NCBI RefSeq assembly: GCF_009914755.1
Contig: NC_060929.1
DNA: 64,000 bases
DNA from: the human T2T-CHM13v2.0 reference genome, Homo sapiens
Reading direction: 5' to 3' (one strand)
Shown piece by piece: positions 14,540 to 33,188 of this stretch. The translations under genes and the position numbers were made by a program. Each line of letters starts with the position of its first letter. The stretch's first letter is position 1. The notes under the pieces are model-generated. The model did no database searches. It worked only from the letters and a program-made list of their open reading frames with translations, and was not told where the DNA came from.

Positions 14540-16490
14540 GTAATAGTTCAGTACTATGAGGAAATGAGAGTGTTTTCTATAAACGGTGTTGAGACAATTG
14601 CAAATCCATGTGGAAAAAATATATATCTTAGCCACTACTTCATACTATGTACAAAAAAGAAATTCTAGATTTGCAGATCTAGATGTAAAAAGGAAACAAT
14701 AATTAAATAGGAAAATAGAATATTTTTGTGATGTAAGCAAACTGTTCTTAAACTGAAAACAGAAGTGCTAATTTTAAGAGAAAAATAATTTATAAATTAG
14801 ACTGAATTAAGGCTAAACTCTTATTTATCAAAAGACATACTAAAAGGTAAAAGGCAAGGAACATCATAAGAGACGACTACACAATACTTAACTACAACCT
14901 TGTATATCCAGAATATATAAACAATTTCAACAGATGAATGGAAAAGAAGACAGAAAATCAAATACGGATATGGGCAAAAGTAAAAAGAATTAATGGAGTT
15001 ATAAGGAGAAGGCAAATTCAAAACACAGTGATATACTACTACATACTCATCATAATGGTAAAAATGGCAAAGAAAGAAAATGCCAAGTTTGGTGAGGATG
15101 TAGAATTCTCACGGTGGTGATAACATATATTGATATAATTACATTGGGAAGCTCTTTGGCTTTATCTACCAAAACAGGATATATGAATCAGAAATTCTGC
15201 ATCAAAGTATATATCCAACAGAAAAACATAAGTTTACCATAGGACATATACTAGAATCTTCATAGCAGTATTATTCATAGTAGCTAAAAAATTGCAAAAT
15301 GCCCAAATGCCTAACAGTAAAATAGACATATATATTTTTCACAATGGAATACTATATGATAATCAAAATAAACAATTTATTACTGCATGTACAATATGTA
15401 TAAATATCCATATATCAAATTAACCACAGTAAACTAGACACAAAAGAGAAAATTAGCATGATTTCATCTATGTAAAAAATAAAATCTATAATACATACAA
15501 TGAAATATTATTCAGCCACAAAAGCAAATAAATTTCTGATACACACGACAGCATGAAAAATCTTGAAAGCATCATGCAAAGTGAAATAATCCAGACACCA
15601 AAAAATAAATACTGTACAAGTCCAACTATACGCAATATCTATAATATGCAAATTTGTAGAGTCAGACAGTAGATTAAAGGTTATCACAATTTAGGAGAAG
15701 GCAGAGTTATAGCTTAATAGATACAGAGTTTCTATTTGGAATAATGAAATTTTGAAAGTAAATATGCACAACACAATGAATGTAATTAATGCTGTTAAAT
15801 TATACACTTAAAATAATTAAAATGGAAAATGTCATGTTGTATGTATTTTACCATAATAAAAATTTTTTAAAAATCAAGCAAGTGTACCGAGATTTAACTA
15901 TCAAAATGTTCATAACAAATAGCAGAGAAAAAAATTATAACAGTCTAAACTGTCAGCAATTGGAGGTAGGTTAAATACATTTTAGCACAAACACTCAATG
16001 AAAGATTACGAGACCATTCAAAATCATATAGGAAAGAATATTTAATGGCAAGAAATATATTCACATATACTATAAAACTAAATATACATCATGCAATCAC
16101 TGTTTTGTTTTAAAAATTATATGTGTATGATTAGAAAAGAAGCATCTATACCAAAATTTGTCTCTGGGCAGTGACATTTTTTCTTCTTTTTTAACCTTTA
16201 TTCTTTCAATTTTTGATGTCACAAATATGTATTACAAATAGACAAATAACACAAGTTTTAGTTTCATATGAGCAAAGAAACAAAACATATTCTTAGAAAT
16301 TCAGAACTTGGTAGTGATTGGATGACAGCATCAGAAGTCTTCTGGAATATCACAGAAGTACTCTGTGTTGTTTCATTTCTTGACGTGGGTACTGGTCACA
16401 AAAGAATGTTTAGATTTTGAATCATACCCTTTATAATATTTATATTGTCCAATATGCATATGAGGCTTTAAGAATTTTTAAATACATTTT
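14540..16490 (+). mobile_element. Old L1M fragments (L1ME-like ORF2/3'UTR with an L1MB-type 3' end at ~15480-15870)
   Basis: ggtgttgagacaattg, atgccaagtttggtgaggatgtag, tgaaatattattcagcc, gagtttctatttggaataatgaaa, acacttaaaataattaaaatgg. Confidence 0.7.
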
Positions 16491-16739
16491 GAGAGCACTC
16501 CTTGCTAATTTAATTGGGGATAATCATATACCTTATATGGTTTCAATTGCATTTTAGGTTTATTCATTAGATATTTTATAGTCAGTCTCATCATTTTTCA
16601 AATGCAATGTTCTCTTAAGAAAGCTTTGTTCAATTTCCAAATGGAAAGTTCTCTATAATACTGTGGGGAACTCATTATGCTTCATTTTCCTAATTTACAT
16701 ATTTAATGTAAATAGGGTTGATATATAATGGACAGCAAC

Positions 16740-18030
16740 TATATCAAGCATGGGACACAAAAGTTGAACAATTTGCTTCAACATAGTCTTTAATGGACCC
16801 TCTCAGAAAAAAAAAAAAAGTGGAGCTTATAGTTCAAAAGCCAAAAGAGATGAAAATTCAGATTAGTGTAAAGAAAGCAAATCCTGGTATGTTGAAAGAG
16901 ACTACTGAGGTTAAGGGTGTTGGTGCATTAGCAAGAAAGATTTTTTTTGTTTTAGTCACTTCAGCTATGTTTTGAAGATTCATAATTTTTTGACATGAAA
17001 AGAATGTCATGAGAGTGGGGACATGAAGGTAAAGATATTTCATATGGTCAAGCGTGACAAAAATGGAAATGAACTGGAGGTGGTTATGACTGGCAGTTCA
17101 AGGCAGAGGCAGAAAAACATTTGTAGATCTCATTAAGGAGTTTAAATTGTATGGGAAGACCTGTGAAGTTTTTAAAAGACTAATTATATATGTGGTAAAA
17201 TACTTAAAATATGTCTCAGAATGCTGCATGGAGAATAGATTTAATTTCAGAATCATAGAGAATAATTCAGAAAATATGACAGTTGTGTAGCCAACAGCAA
17301 TTGCTGTTATTGACTTTGGCAGTCCGGGTTGAGAGAAATATTTACGTTCTCAATGTGTTCTCGAATATATGTTTACTGAGATATGTTTGAGGAGACAGAA
17401 TGAATGGAAATCAGTGACAAAATCATGGTTGAATAAATTCATGGCCTGAAAAAATATGGCTGATAAGGGAAGACTAAGAAAGGAACGAGTGTGGCAATCA
17501 ACAATTTAATTACCAAACAGTTATAGTCATACCCATTATAGGCCTACCTCAACGATTTCAGACTTTTTGTCAGACATCTAACAGGAGATTTTAAATATAA
17601 AGTTAAATATATACGTAGGGTATAAAGAAAAAAATGATTGGGGTTAGAGACGCATGTTTGAACTTATCCACAATATTAAAGATATTATACAAAAATATAC
17701 CAAAAGATATTGGAGATAATATCTAGATGAGATAATATCTAGATGAGATAATATACAAAAAGATATTGGAGAAGGATAAGCAAAGAGTTTAGAATTGGAG
17801 CCAAAAGCCAACAACAATTTTTAAAACTCAAAACAAAAATTAAAAACAAAACAAGTAGAAAAATAAAACATTCAGGGGTCAAGTAGAGATAGAAGAACAA
17901 GAAAGAAGATAAGCGGCTAGAGAGGTAAGAAGCAGTGAAGAGGATGAAACTGAAAAAACATGGTGGCCTGAGAAAAAGCTAAAGGTCTTCTACTCTGAAT
18001 TATTTTGAGAGAAGGTTAAGTCAAAGGACT
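16740..18030 (-). mobile_element. L2 LINE, degraded
   Basis: ggagcttatagttc, taaggagtttaaattgtatgggaagacc; purine-rich L2 antisense character. Confidence 0.5.
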
Positions 18031-21029
18031 AAGTAGAAGTAAAACAGACAACTTCTTCTGCTGCCTTTATGGATGATAAGAGTACACATAAGATCCCAGA
18101 GTCAGGAAACCCAAATTTGCCTTCTAAAGCAAACAAAATACATGGCCACACTGTTTAATTATAGTTTCTTAATCAATGCAACTTGGAGACTTCCATCTTT
18201 GTTAGATTTCACAAACCAATTGTACTCTGACTTGCAATGTTGATGTCTAAAGGTCTGTAACAACCATGAGATATGATAATCATGTAAATTTTTTTTTCTT
18301 CATGATCAGCTTCCTTGTAAACCTGGTTAATTCTGGCAATCTTGTGATTATCATTTTAAATAAAAGCTTTTTTTTTTTTTAAATTTGGTTGGGACCATCT
18401 TGCTCCCTTTTCAACCTTTCTTTGCAAGTAAATCTTTCTCTAAAGCTATCTCAACAATAATTTTTCCTCTTAGCCAATTCTGCAGATTCTTCCAAAATGC
18501 ATCAGAGCTGATTAAACTGTTTTTAAACATGGCCCCTCAAAGGTTGATTGCCCCAGGGCTATGTTCTTCAGATAATGAAATGAATCTTGTATAATAATGA
18601 AACTTTTACACTCATGGACTGGATTGCGCACTATTCCAGTGTGACCCCTGAAACTAACCACTCTATTCTAATGTTAATATTTATACTCAAGAGGCATCGA
18701 GCTAGTATTTGCACTGATTGCAAAACTATTTCTTAGTGAATTAAATTACACAGTACAATTTTGCAGAAATTCCTTTGGCTGACTTTAAGATATTTCAAAA
18801 TGTAATTATTTGTGAAATTGAAAGATTTCATATTTATTGATATAAACTCTTTTATTTGTATTAAATAAACATTTCATTAAATGTGCTGACAAATATATAT
18901 AAGGGCAATCTGCTTTATATGTTTTTATTTATTTTAGTGATGATGCTTTGTTCTGTTTACTTAAGAATATTATGGTATTTTCTTTTATAAAATTACTACT
19001 TGTTCTATTTCTTATTTATTTAAAAGATTGAGATTTAATATTAATATTCAAAGACATATAGAAACTGTGAGGCAATATTTTTCATTCTGCCTTACAAAAA
19101 TATATATTTTTTTGTTTTAAAGATATGAATAATAAAAAATAGTCTAAAATCTCTATGGAAAGAAATGAATATATTGAAAATAATAGTCTTAAAATTAAAT
19201 ACATATTTTCTCACTACCTTGAACACATTGTGAGATTGGAAATCTTTTATTCACTTCCAATCATAGAAACATTATGCTTTCTGTTTTCATTTACTGCCAT
19301 TTCCTTTCACTTTTCAAAGCATTTTCTGAAAGTAGCCTTTTTCCATCTCTCTTTTTTCTAAATAGCAGATTAAGTCGCCCTAAATAGAAAGAGTGCCAAT
19401 TACCCACCATTATCAGTACTCTAAAACCTTAGGCCTCTTAAATAAAATGTATTTGGCTATGATTTTGCTGATCATAGTGATTAAATCTGGGCTGTTTAGA
19501 AATGAGTAAATAAATAAAGCTTAATCGTTAATCATCAAAGTCTTATAGGGGAAAAAAAGCAATAGAATGGAGTGAAAACTCTTAAAAACAGTTTGAAAAG
19601 AATGTAGTGTTATCATATGAACTGAAAAATGTCCTTAATTTTCAGGTATGATTTACATAGGAATCTAATCTTGCTTACTGAAATTTGGCAATATTAGATT
19701 ATGAGATATAGTAGGTAATTTTCCTCTTTGTAATTAACATAAAATGAAATGACATAATTTCTATCATTAAAACATCTCGATTTCACTGGTAATAAAGCTT
19801 TAATTGTATAATAATAATATTATCAATGTTAAAGTATTCAAATGGAGGCAGGTCTCTGTGGGAGAGAAAGACAAAGCATAGAACATTACTTTCTTTTTTA
19901 AAATGACCTCTTAATGTAGAAAATTTATTTTCTCATTTATTTATGGATCTGTGCACCTATTTTCAGAAAGTGCAGTTTGTTTCTGTGTGAATGTTAGCAC
20001 AGACAATGCCAAGTTTATATTAAGTCCTCCAAAAGGGTAGAAACACAAATATGAAGTATAATTTTTTATCTAAGATCACCTGTATTACAAATTTAGTTTG
20101 GCTTCCAGTTAATTAATTTCTCAAATCTCTCCTACATGCAGTTAGCACTTCATGGCTACATATATTTCTACATACAAGTGCAAAATGATGAAAAACATTG
20201 AGACCATGAAAACACAAGAAGCAGCCACAAAAGCCTCAGCTCTTTCTACTTTCAGGTAGATGGATTATGAGCTATAATATGTCATTTGAAATATCCTCCG
20301 GTGATTTGTTAGGACCATCATGACTCGTAACTACCAGGAAGTTTAATGTTTCAATTTCCTGCAGTTTAACACCACCTTAAAGTTGTCACATATCAAATGG
20401 TTCACCTGATGCAATGAGTTACTGGCATACAGAACCTACATTGTGAGTTCAACTGCCAGTCTTTTATTTAAAGCTGGTGGCTTCTTTTTCCTTTTGAGCC
20501 TTGAACACCATAGATGCAATTAGTCTGAATATTTAATAGTTAATTTATTTCTACCTGTTTTACCAGAAATATGTGTCTAACTGTTGCAGTATAGCTATGC
20601 ATCTATTAAAAATCCCACCAATTGTAAATAGCTATCAGTGGTGGGTGGTGACAAGCATATGATAGTATTGTCCAATCAAAAAAATTAGGAAAACAAGAAT
20701 TCATATGTGAACTCTGTGTATATTTATTAGGGAATCAAATTTCACTGCCTGATGGGTCTGGCTACAGAATCCTGCTTCTGTCCAAAACTATATTGTGTGA
20801 ATGTGTGGGATATGAAATAAGTGATGGATGTGAAGATGCAGCTGTTAGATTCTAGCTCCCATTTAAAAATTGTTGAAAAACTTCATTTACTGATTAGAGC
20901 AACTCATAGTACTAGTGAGTTAACCAATACTAGGGATAAATATTAATTTAAATATGTTTAAATATGATTTAATTAACGATTATAAATTAAATATTCAATT
21001 AAATAACTAACTTAACCACAATAATTGTT

Positions 21030-21220
21030 ATGCCTTTCCTATACATCAGGCATTAAGAATTATCTCATTTAATTCTTTCTGTAATTCTATAGTATAATTT
21101 TATTATTGTTAGCCTTTTATAGATGAGGAAAATGAGCCCTGAAGAAATTATGTAGTATACCATTGGTTTCATATATAGCAAATTTCAATTTCAGAATTCT
21201 GGTTACACTATATTACCTCT
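21030..21220 (-). mobile_element. MIR SINE
   Basis: tatctcatttaattct...ttttatagatgaggaaaatgag. Confidence 0.65.
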
Positions 21221-21584
21221 ACAACAGATAGACTCTACTGTCAATGTTTCTAAGAATACTAAAGACAGAAGGATATTTATCTATTTATTAATTACAAGAC
21301 AAATTTCTATGTGACATATATTTAAAAAAACTTCATGTGATGTAATTGTAAATAGCTTATATTTAAATATTAAATAGTTTGAATTATAAAAATAATTGAA
21401 TTAAATTTTAAATTAAATATTTAATTTGCTATAGAAATTTAACATGCCCTTAATATCCACCAGGCAGTACATAGCTTAAAAACATTTATCTCATTTACAT
21501 ATATTATTACATTTGAATAAAACTCAGTAATAGGTTATCACATAAAAAAGTTTTGTTTTAAAAAGAATGAAGTTGTAAAATACA

Positions 21585-21970
21585 TTTTTCCATTTTCTTC
21601 TGCTAAAACAGAATACCACAGGCTGGGTAATTTATAAACAGTAAAAGTTTATTTGACTCACAGCTCTAGAGACTGGGAAGCAAAATATCAAGGTGCCAGC
21701 ATCTGGTGAAGACATTTGTGTTGCATTATTCCATGGTGGAAGGCAGTAGGTCAAGGAAGAGCATGCAACTGAGAGAGAAATTTAGCCAAACTCTTTTTCT
21801 TTTTAAATCAAGAGCGCACCCTCATGATAACTAGCCTGCTCCTGTAATAACTTCATGAATCTATTTATGTATAAGTCCTCTGCCATCATAATCTATTAAA
21901 GGCACCACATACCAATAGCATCAAAATGTCAATTAAATTTAATTATAAGGGTACAATGAAACCCTGGCAT
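21585..21970 (-). mobile_element. MaLR LTR, MSTC/MSTD-like
   Basis: acagaataccacaggctgggtaatttataaac...ctcacagctctagagactgggaag...caaggtgccagcatctggtga. Confidence 0.75.
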
Positions 21971-22479
21971 ACAGACAGTATACCTGAATATGTATAGAAG
22001 AACATAAAGTAAGGGCCACAAAGAAATGCATCAAATCTAGCCCGGTTTTGAAGGATGAAAGTACTTTCATGGCTATTTATAGTTTCCCCCATAATGATCA
22101 GACATCATAAATATTGCAGAATAATAAAATGTTATATCACTTAAGAAATGTTGGAATGTATACTAAGAATTTTTGATGTATTATCTTGTTTAGTTTATTC
22201 ATAAACCTCTTCAAAAAAAAGTAAATATTAGTTTCAGTTACTAATAAAATTTATCTCAGATGGTTTGTCACCTGGCCAATATTCCACAGCAATTAAGTGG
22301 AAAACACAAGATTGTAACCAAATCCGATTACAGAGCCAACATTTTAAAATGCTGGATATTCCAGGGTGTTACTTGAAGGCATAATAACTTTAACTCATAT
22401 TATGGAAAAGAAAAGCAGAAAAATGCATGCAAACTCAGAGAACTAATCAACCATATGGAATATAAACAATTATAATTAC

Positions 22480-22740
22480 TTGAGTCATTATGTGCCAAAC
22501 ACTCTTCTAAACAATTTTATGTCTGTAGATTCATTAAATTTACCCAGCACTCTTATAAAACAGATATTGCTGTTGTTATTATTATTATTGTTGACATTTT
22601 AATGATCATGAGAAACAAGCATGGGGTAGTTTAAACCTTGACAAAGATCACGAACCTAGCACTTGCTTAAGTCTGAATTTGCAATTTGTAAAGGTAGCGC
22701 CAGTGCTTGTGCCTTGGACACTATACCTTATTGCATTTCT
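22480..22740 (-). mobile_element. MIR SINE (another degraded MIR at ~22130-22350)
   Basis: ttatgtgccaaacactcttctaaac...cttgacaaagatcac. Confidence 0.55.
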
Positions 22741-23954
22741 CTGCTTGCCAATCAAACAACTATTTCCTCATCTTTTGGTAATAGTCCCTACAGGTCTTTA
22801 GAGAGGTTAGTCTTATGCCATTCAACTTTATCCTGATTGACTGTCTTAAAACAGCTCTCTGCCTCAATAAAGACTTGGGTACATAGTTATGTATATTCAG
22901 ATATAATATCTCCAAAATAATCTATTGCCAAGTTTTATTACTATATATATATAAAACAGCCATATATTATTTACAATTAAATCACATGACTCAACTTGAT
23001 TCAACGTGTGTCTCTGTCTATCCTAGAAATCCTGAGTTGAACTGAATATCTGCGGGAGACAGTTGAAGATGAGTCACTCTGACCTCTGTACCTAAAAATG
23101 TAGACATTAAGTCCTTACCCATGCAGAATGTCCTTCCTGAAATCTGATATAATAAAATTTATCTTTATTTTCTACTCTATGGCATTCCAATATTTTATTT
23201 TCTTCTCAGGAAAATACATTTTCTGTTACTTGAATTCAAATCATTCCAAATGATATGACATACCATAGGCACAATCTTATTATTTTCACTTAAATTTTCC
23301 TCAAATTCCTTTAATTGGTACTTATCAAGCACTTATTACAGGCAAAGCTATGAAATAGGAACTAAATTAAAATTAACAAATTGAGAGTAAGACATGAGAT
23401 TAACACGAGAGTAGTTTCTAATGGAAGAGCCTGCGTTTAGCTAACAACCGCAAATTAATTATGTCAAACAATTACTAAGCCCTTATTTTGTGCCAGTTCC
23501 ATATTAGCATATACTTTTGTGATGAAGCAATTTAGTTCTAGAACAGATGTTTTGTGTTAAGGGATAATCTGGAAATAAATGACTGTAAACTTAACTTGTT
23601 CAAATATGGATCTAACATGCTTTCAGTTCAAAGTTACATTATTTCAAGAGGTATTCCTTGTATATCTATTGCATATTCCATAATTTTAAATGTAGTTTAG
23701 ATTAAAATCACAGAAGTCCTTGCAGTATATTATGAGCTTAATTCACATTGGAAAAAACGTATCTATTCTATAGTAGTATACAATGCATACCTCACCAAAA
23801 TGTAGAAATCACTTGTCTGTTAATATCTTTACTCTATAATTTCATACATTTTAAATTTGTTATTTAACAAGGTAAAGCTAAAGGGAAGTGAGTTCAACTT
23901 GTAGCAATGGGACAGAACTTGACTGGTAAAAACTAAAAATGGGATCCAATTTTA

Positions 23955-30309
<6,355 letters not shown>

Positions 30310-30779
30310 ATCCAATTTTAGACACTCCTTATGTTGTAGTTATCAGAGTGCTTCTATAGCGTGGAAGCCTTACAAATGCACTCTCCTGGACGGCAGAGAA
30401 GCCCAGAGATGTGAGGCAGACACTTGGAACCACTTTTTCGCCAAGGATTTGCTCTGAGGAGGGTGGAGATCTGAGAAGCTGAACAGTCATCTGTGGTTGA
30501 GAAGTAAGAAACTTACCAGCGTTTTGGACAATTGCACAGAGTTGATGAGAGGACATAAATTGGAATTTGAGGCTAACCTGGGAGAAGGATCCTGGATTCC
30601 ACACCAAAATTTCAGTTGGGCCCCTGAGAGGATATGCCTTAGGTTAGGTGAAGAGAAAATATGCCGGCAATCACAGTAAGTGAAGCCAGTTTCAAAGCAA
30701 GTCAATGTCCATTTGTATTAAGGTTACCTGAACACTGTTTAATTGATTCTTGAAGCAAACATTTTTGGATGAAAAAACA

Positions 30780-30881
30780 ATTTGAGTTTTAAGTTATCTT
30801 GCAATGTTTTATACATAATTTCTTGCTCTCATGCAAAAATAATCAGGCATGCAGCAACACAATAACAGCAGCAACAACAAC

Positions 30882-30917
<36 letters not shown>

Positions 30918-31960
30918 GAAAGCAAACCAAAGAAAGAAAAGAAACAGAAATATCACAGTAAAACTGCCAAAAACAAAGACAAAGAGGAAAATTATAAAGG
31001 CAGCAAGAAAATAGAATTAGAGAAGCCCGAAAAAAGAATGTAACCTTCAAAAAACTTCCCCAAAGAAACAATAGAAGCCAGCAGACAATGGGCTGAAATC
31101 ATTGAAGTGCCACCCTAGAACCCCAGAATTCAATACCTTGTGAAAATATCATTCATAAATGAAGATAATTGTTAATTTCTGAAAAACAAAAACTGGAAGA
31201 AATCAGCTGTGTAAGTCCCGATTAAAGAAAATGCTACAGGAAGATTTTTTTGGCACTGGAAAACAATCACAGATAGAAACATGGGGATAAAGAAAGCAGA
31301 GGGAAGAATGTGGCAGGCAAATTTGAAGGTGGATTAAATGAAATTGACTAAGGAAATAATTATATGTTGTAGAACTTTGTATATAATACTTATGCACAAT
31401 TAAGTACATATTATATATATGCATGCACCTTAATTAAAGCACATATCTACAATAAAACTAAAGGCATGGGGAAATAACTGGAGACAGGTGTTCTAAGAAT
31501 TCTGAGACCCCGATATTGTCTGAAATCTGGAAATATTCTGGGAAACACACTCTCACACTCTGTCTTATATTAGTCCTGTATTTTATTTTATCATTAATGA
31601 GTTAAGTGTATCTTATAAATTTTATATGAGTTGTCAACTAAAAGTAAAATAACTAGCAAATTATCCAAAAAGAAAACGGAAATTGATTAAAAAACATATA
31701 ATACATCCAAAAAATGGAAGAAAGAATGAAAAAATTATAAAATAGAAAAGACTCTACTTAAACACACGTCAGTAATTAGGGTAATTATAAATGAATTAAA
31801 CAACATATTTTTTAAAAGTTTGTCACACTGGTTTTAAAAAATATATATACTGCCTATTACTATCAAAACTCCATATAGTAAATATAAGGTAGGTAGAGTA
31901 GTATGAAAAAAATAAACACAATGAAAACATTTATCAAAATAGAATTTGCTTACCAATATA
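30780..31960 (+). mobile_element. Ancient L1M ORF1-region fragments
   Basis: aaagacaaagaggaaaattataaggcagcaag, gaaacaatagaagccagcagacaatgg, cccagaattcaatacc, aaaatatcattcataaatgaag. Confidence 0.55.
30880..30913. repeat. (CA)n microsatellite
   Basis: Uninterrupted CA run following (CAA)n. Confidence 0.95.
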
Positions 31961-32179
31961 CAGAGAAACTTTAACCTATGCTGGCATGTGATTTGCATTA
32001 AAAAAAAATAGCAATTATTTTTATTACATCTCGAGTTTGACCTCGAGATGTTATTGTCTGGGTTTATTTTTCATTCTCTACCCTTCACAATGTTTAATTT
32101 TTCTCCCACATTGCTTATTTCAGAATTTTCTCATTCCAGAATTATCTGATATTGATACTACCATTGATGTATTTATTAG

Positions 32180-32560
32180 AATTCTGCCATAAATTCTTCA
32201 TAACAAACTCAAAATCTCAATGGCTTACAGAAAGTTTTTTTTTTTCTTTTTTACTTATAGAAACATGGGCTTACATATTCCCCATGAGTTCCTCATTCTG
32301 GAATTAGCACTAGCCTTGGTTATGCTCTTTTCAAGGCAGATGGTAGAAGAAATGTAAGAGCTTCACAAGCACATTTTAAGCAGAAACTCATGGCATCTCC
32401 TAATATCCTATTATCGGCCACAAGAATAATTTGGTGAAGCCTTCATCAATGTGATATGCTGGATGGTCTGTGTTCTCTCCTGGAGGAACTGCAGTCACAT
32501 GGCAAGTGTTGATGTATCATTTTATTACAAGAAGGGAGTGAAGAGATGGAACAATAATTT
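32180..32560 (-). mobile_element. Old MaLR LTR (MLT1K/L-like)
   Basis: cataacaaactcaaaatctcaatggcttac; aactgcagtcacatggcaag. Confidence 0.45.
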
Positions 32561-32848
32561 TATGTATTACATTTGGCAAATTTACCTTTACATTTGTTCA
32601 ATTGTCACTTCCATAAGAAATCATGTACACAATCCCACAGTGTAGGCACAATACAGTAATATATTCCAGCAGTGTACCATTTTGTCCTAGGAGTTTTATT
32701 GTGTTTCTTGCCCATACATACACATTTGTTGAGAATAAGCTCTGTGTAGATGTATATGTATGTGCAATTTACATATAAGTTTATATAAATTACATAATTT
32801 TAAAATTAGTTCAATATGATTATAATGTGTTCATTAAATACTTGAAGA

Positions 32849-32978
32849 GGCTTGTCCAGAGATAACGCATTATCTCAATTGATTGTTCACAGTCACAGAT
32901 CGAACTTCTGTTCTACTCTTTTCCTCCTTCTCATTATTGCACTTGACTAGTCTTAAAAAAATAAAAATAAAAAAATAA
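32849..32978 (+). pseudogene. Y1 RNA (RNY1) processed pseudogene with poly(A) tail
   Basis: ggcttgtccaga...ttatctcaattgattgttcacagtc...acagatcgaact...gttctactcttt...tgcacttgactagtctt matches hY1 end to end. Followed by an A-rich tail; degenerate TSD taaatacttg/taagtacttg. Confidence 0.92.

Positions 32979-33188
<210 letters not shown>

Noticed and set aside
21353-21430. AT-rich quasi-palindrome
   Set aside because: Self-complementarity is expected from near-100% A/T composition.
21600-21740. Similarity to 47665-47810 suggesting a segmental duplication
   Set aside because: Both are MSTC-like LTR copies and the similarity stops at the element boundaries.
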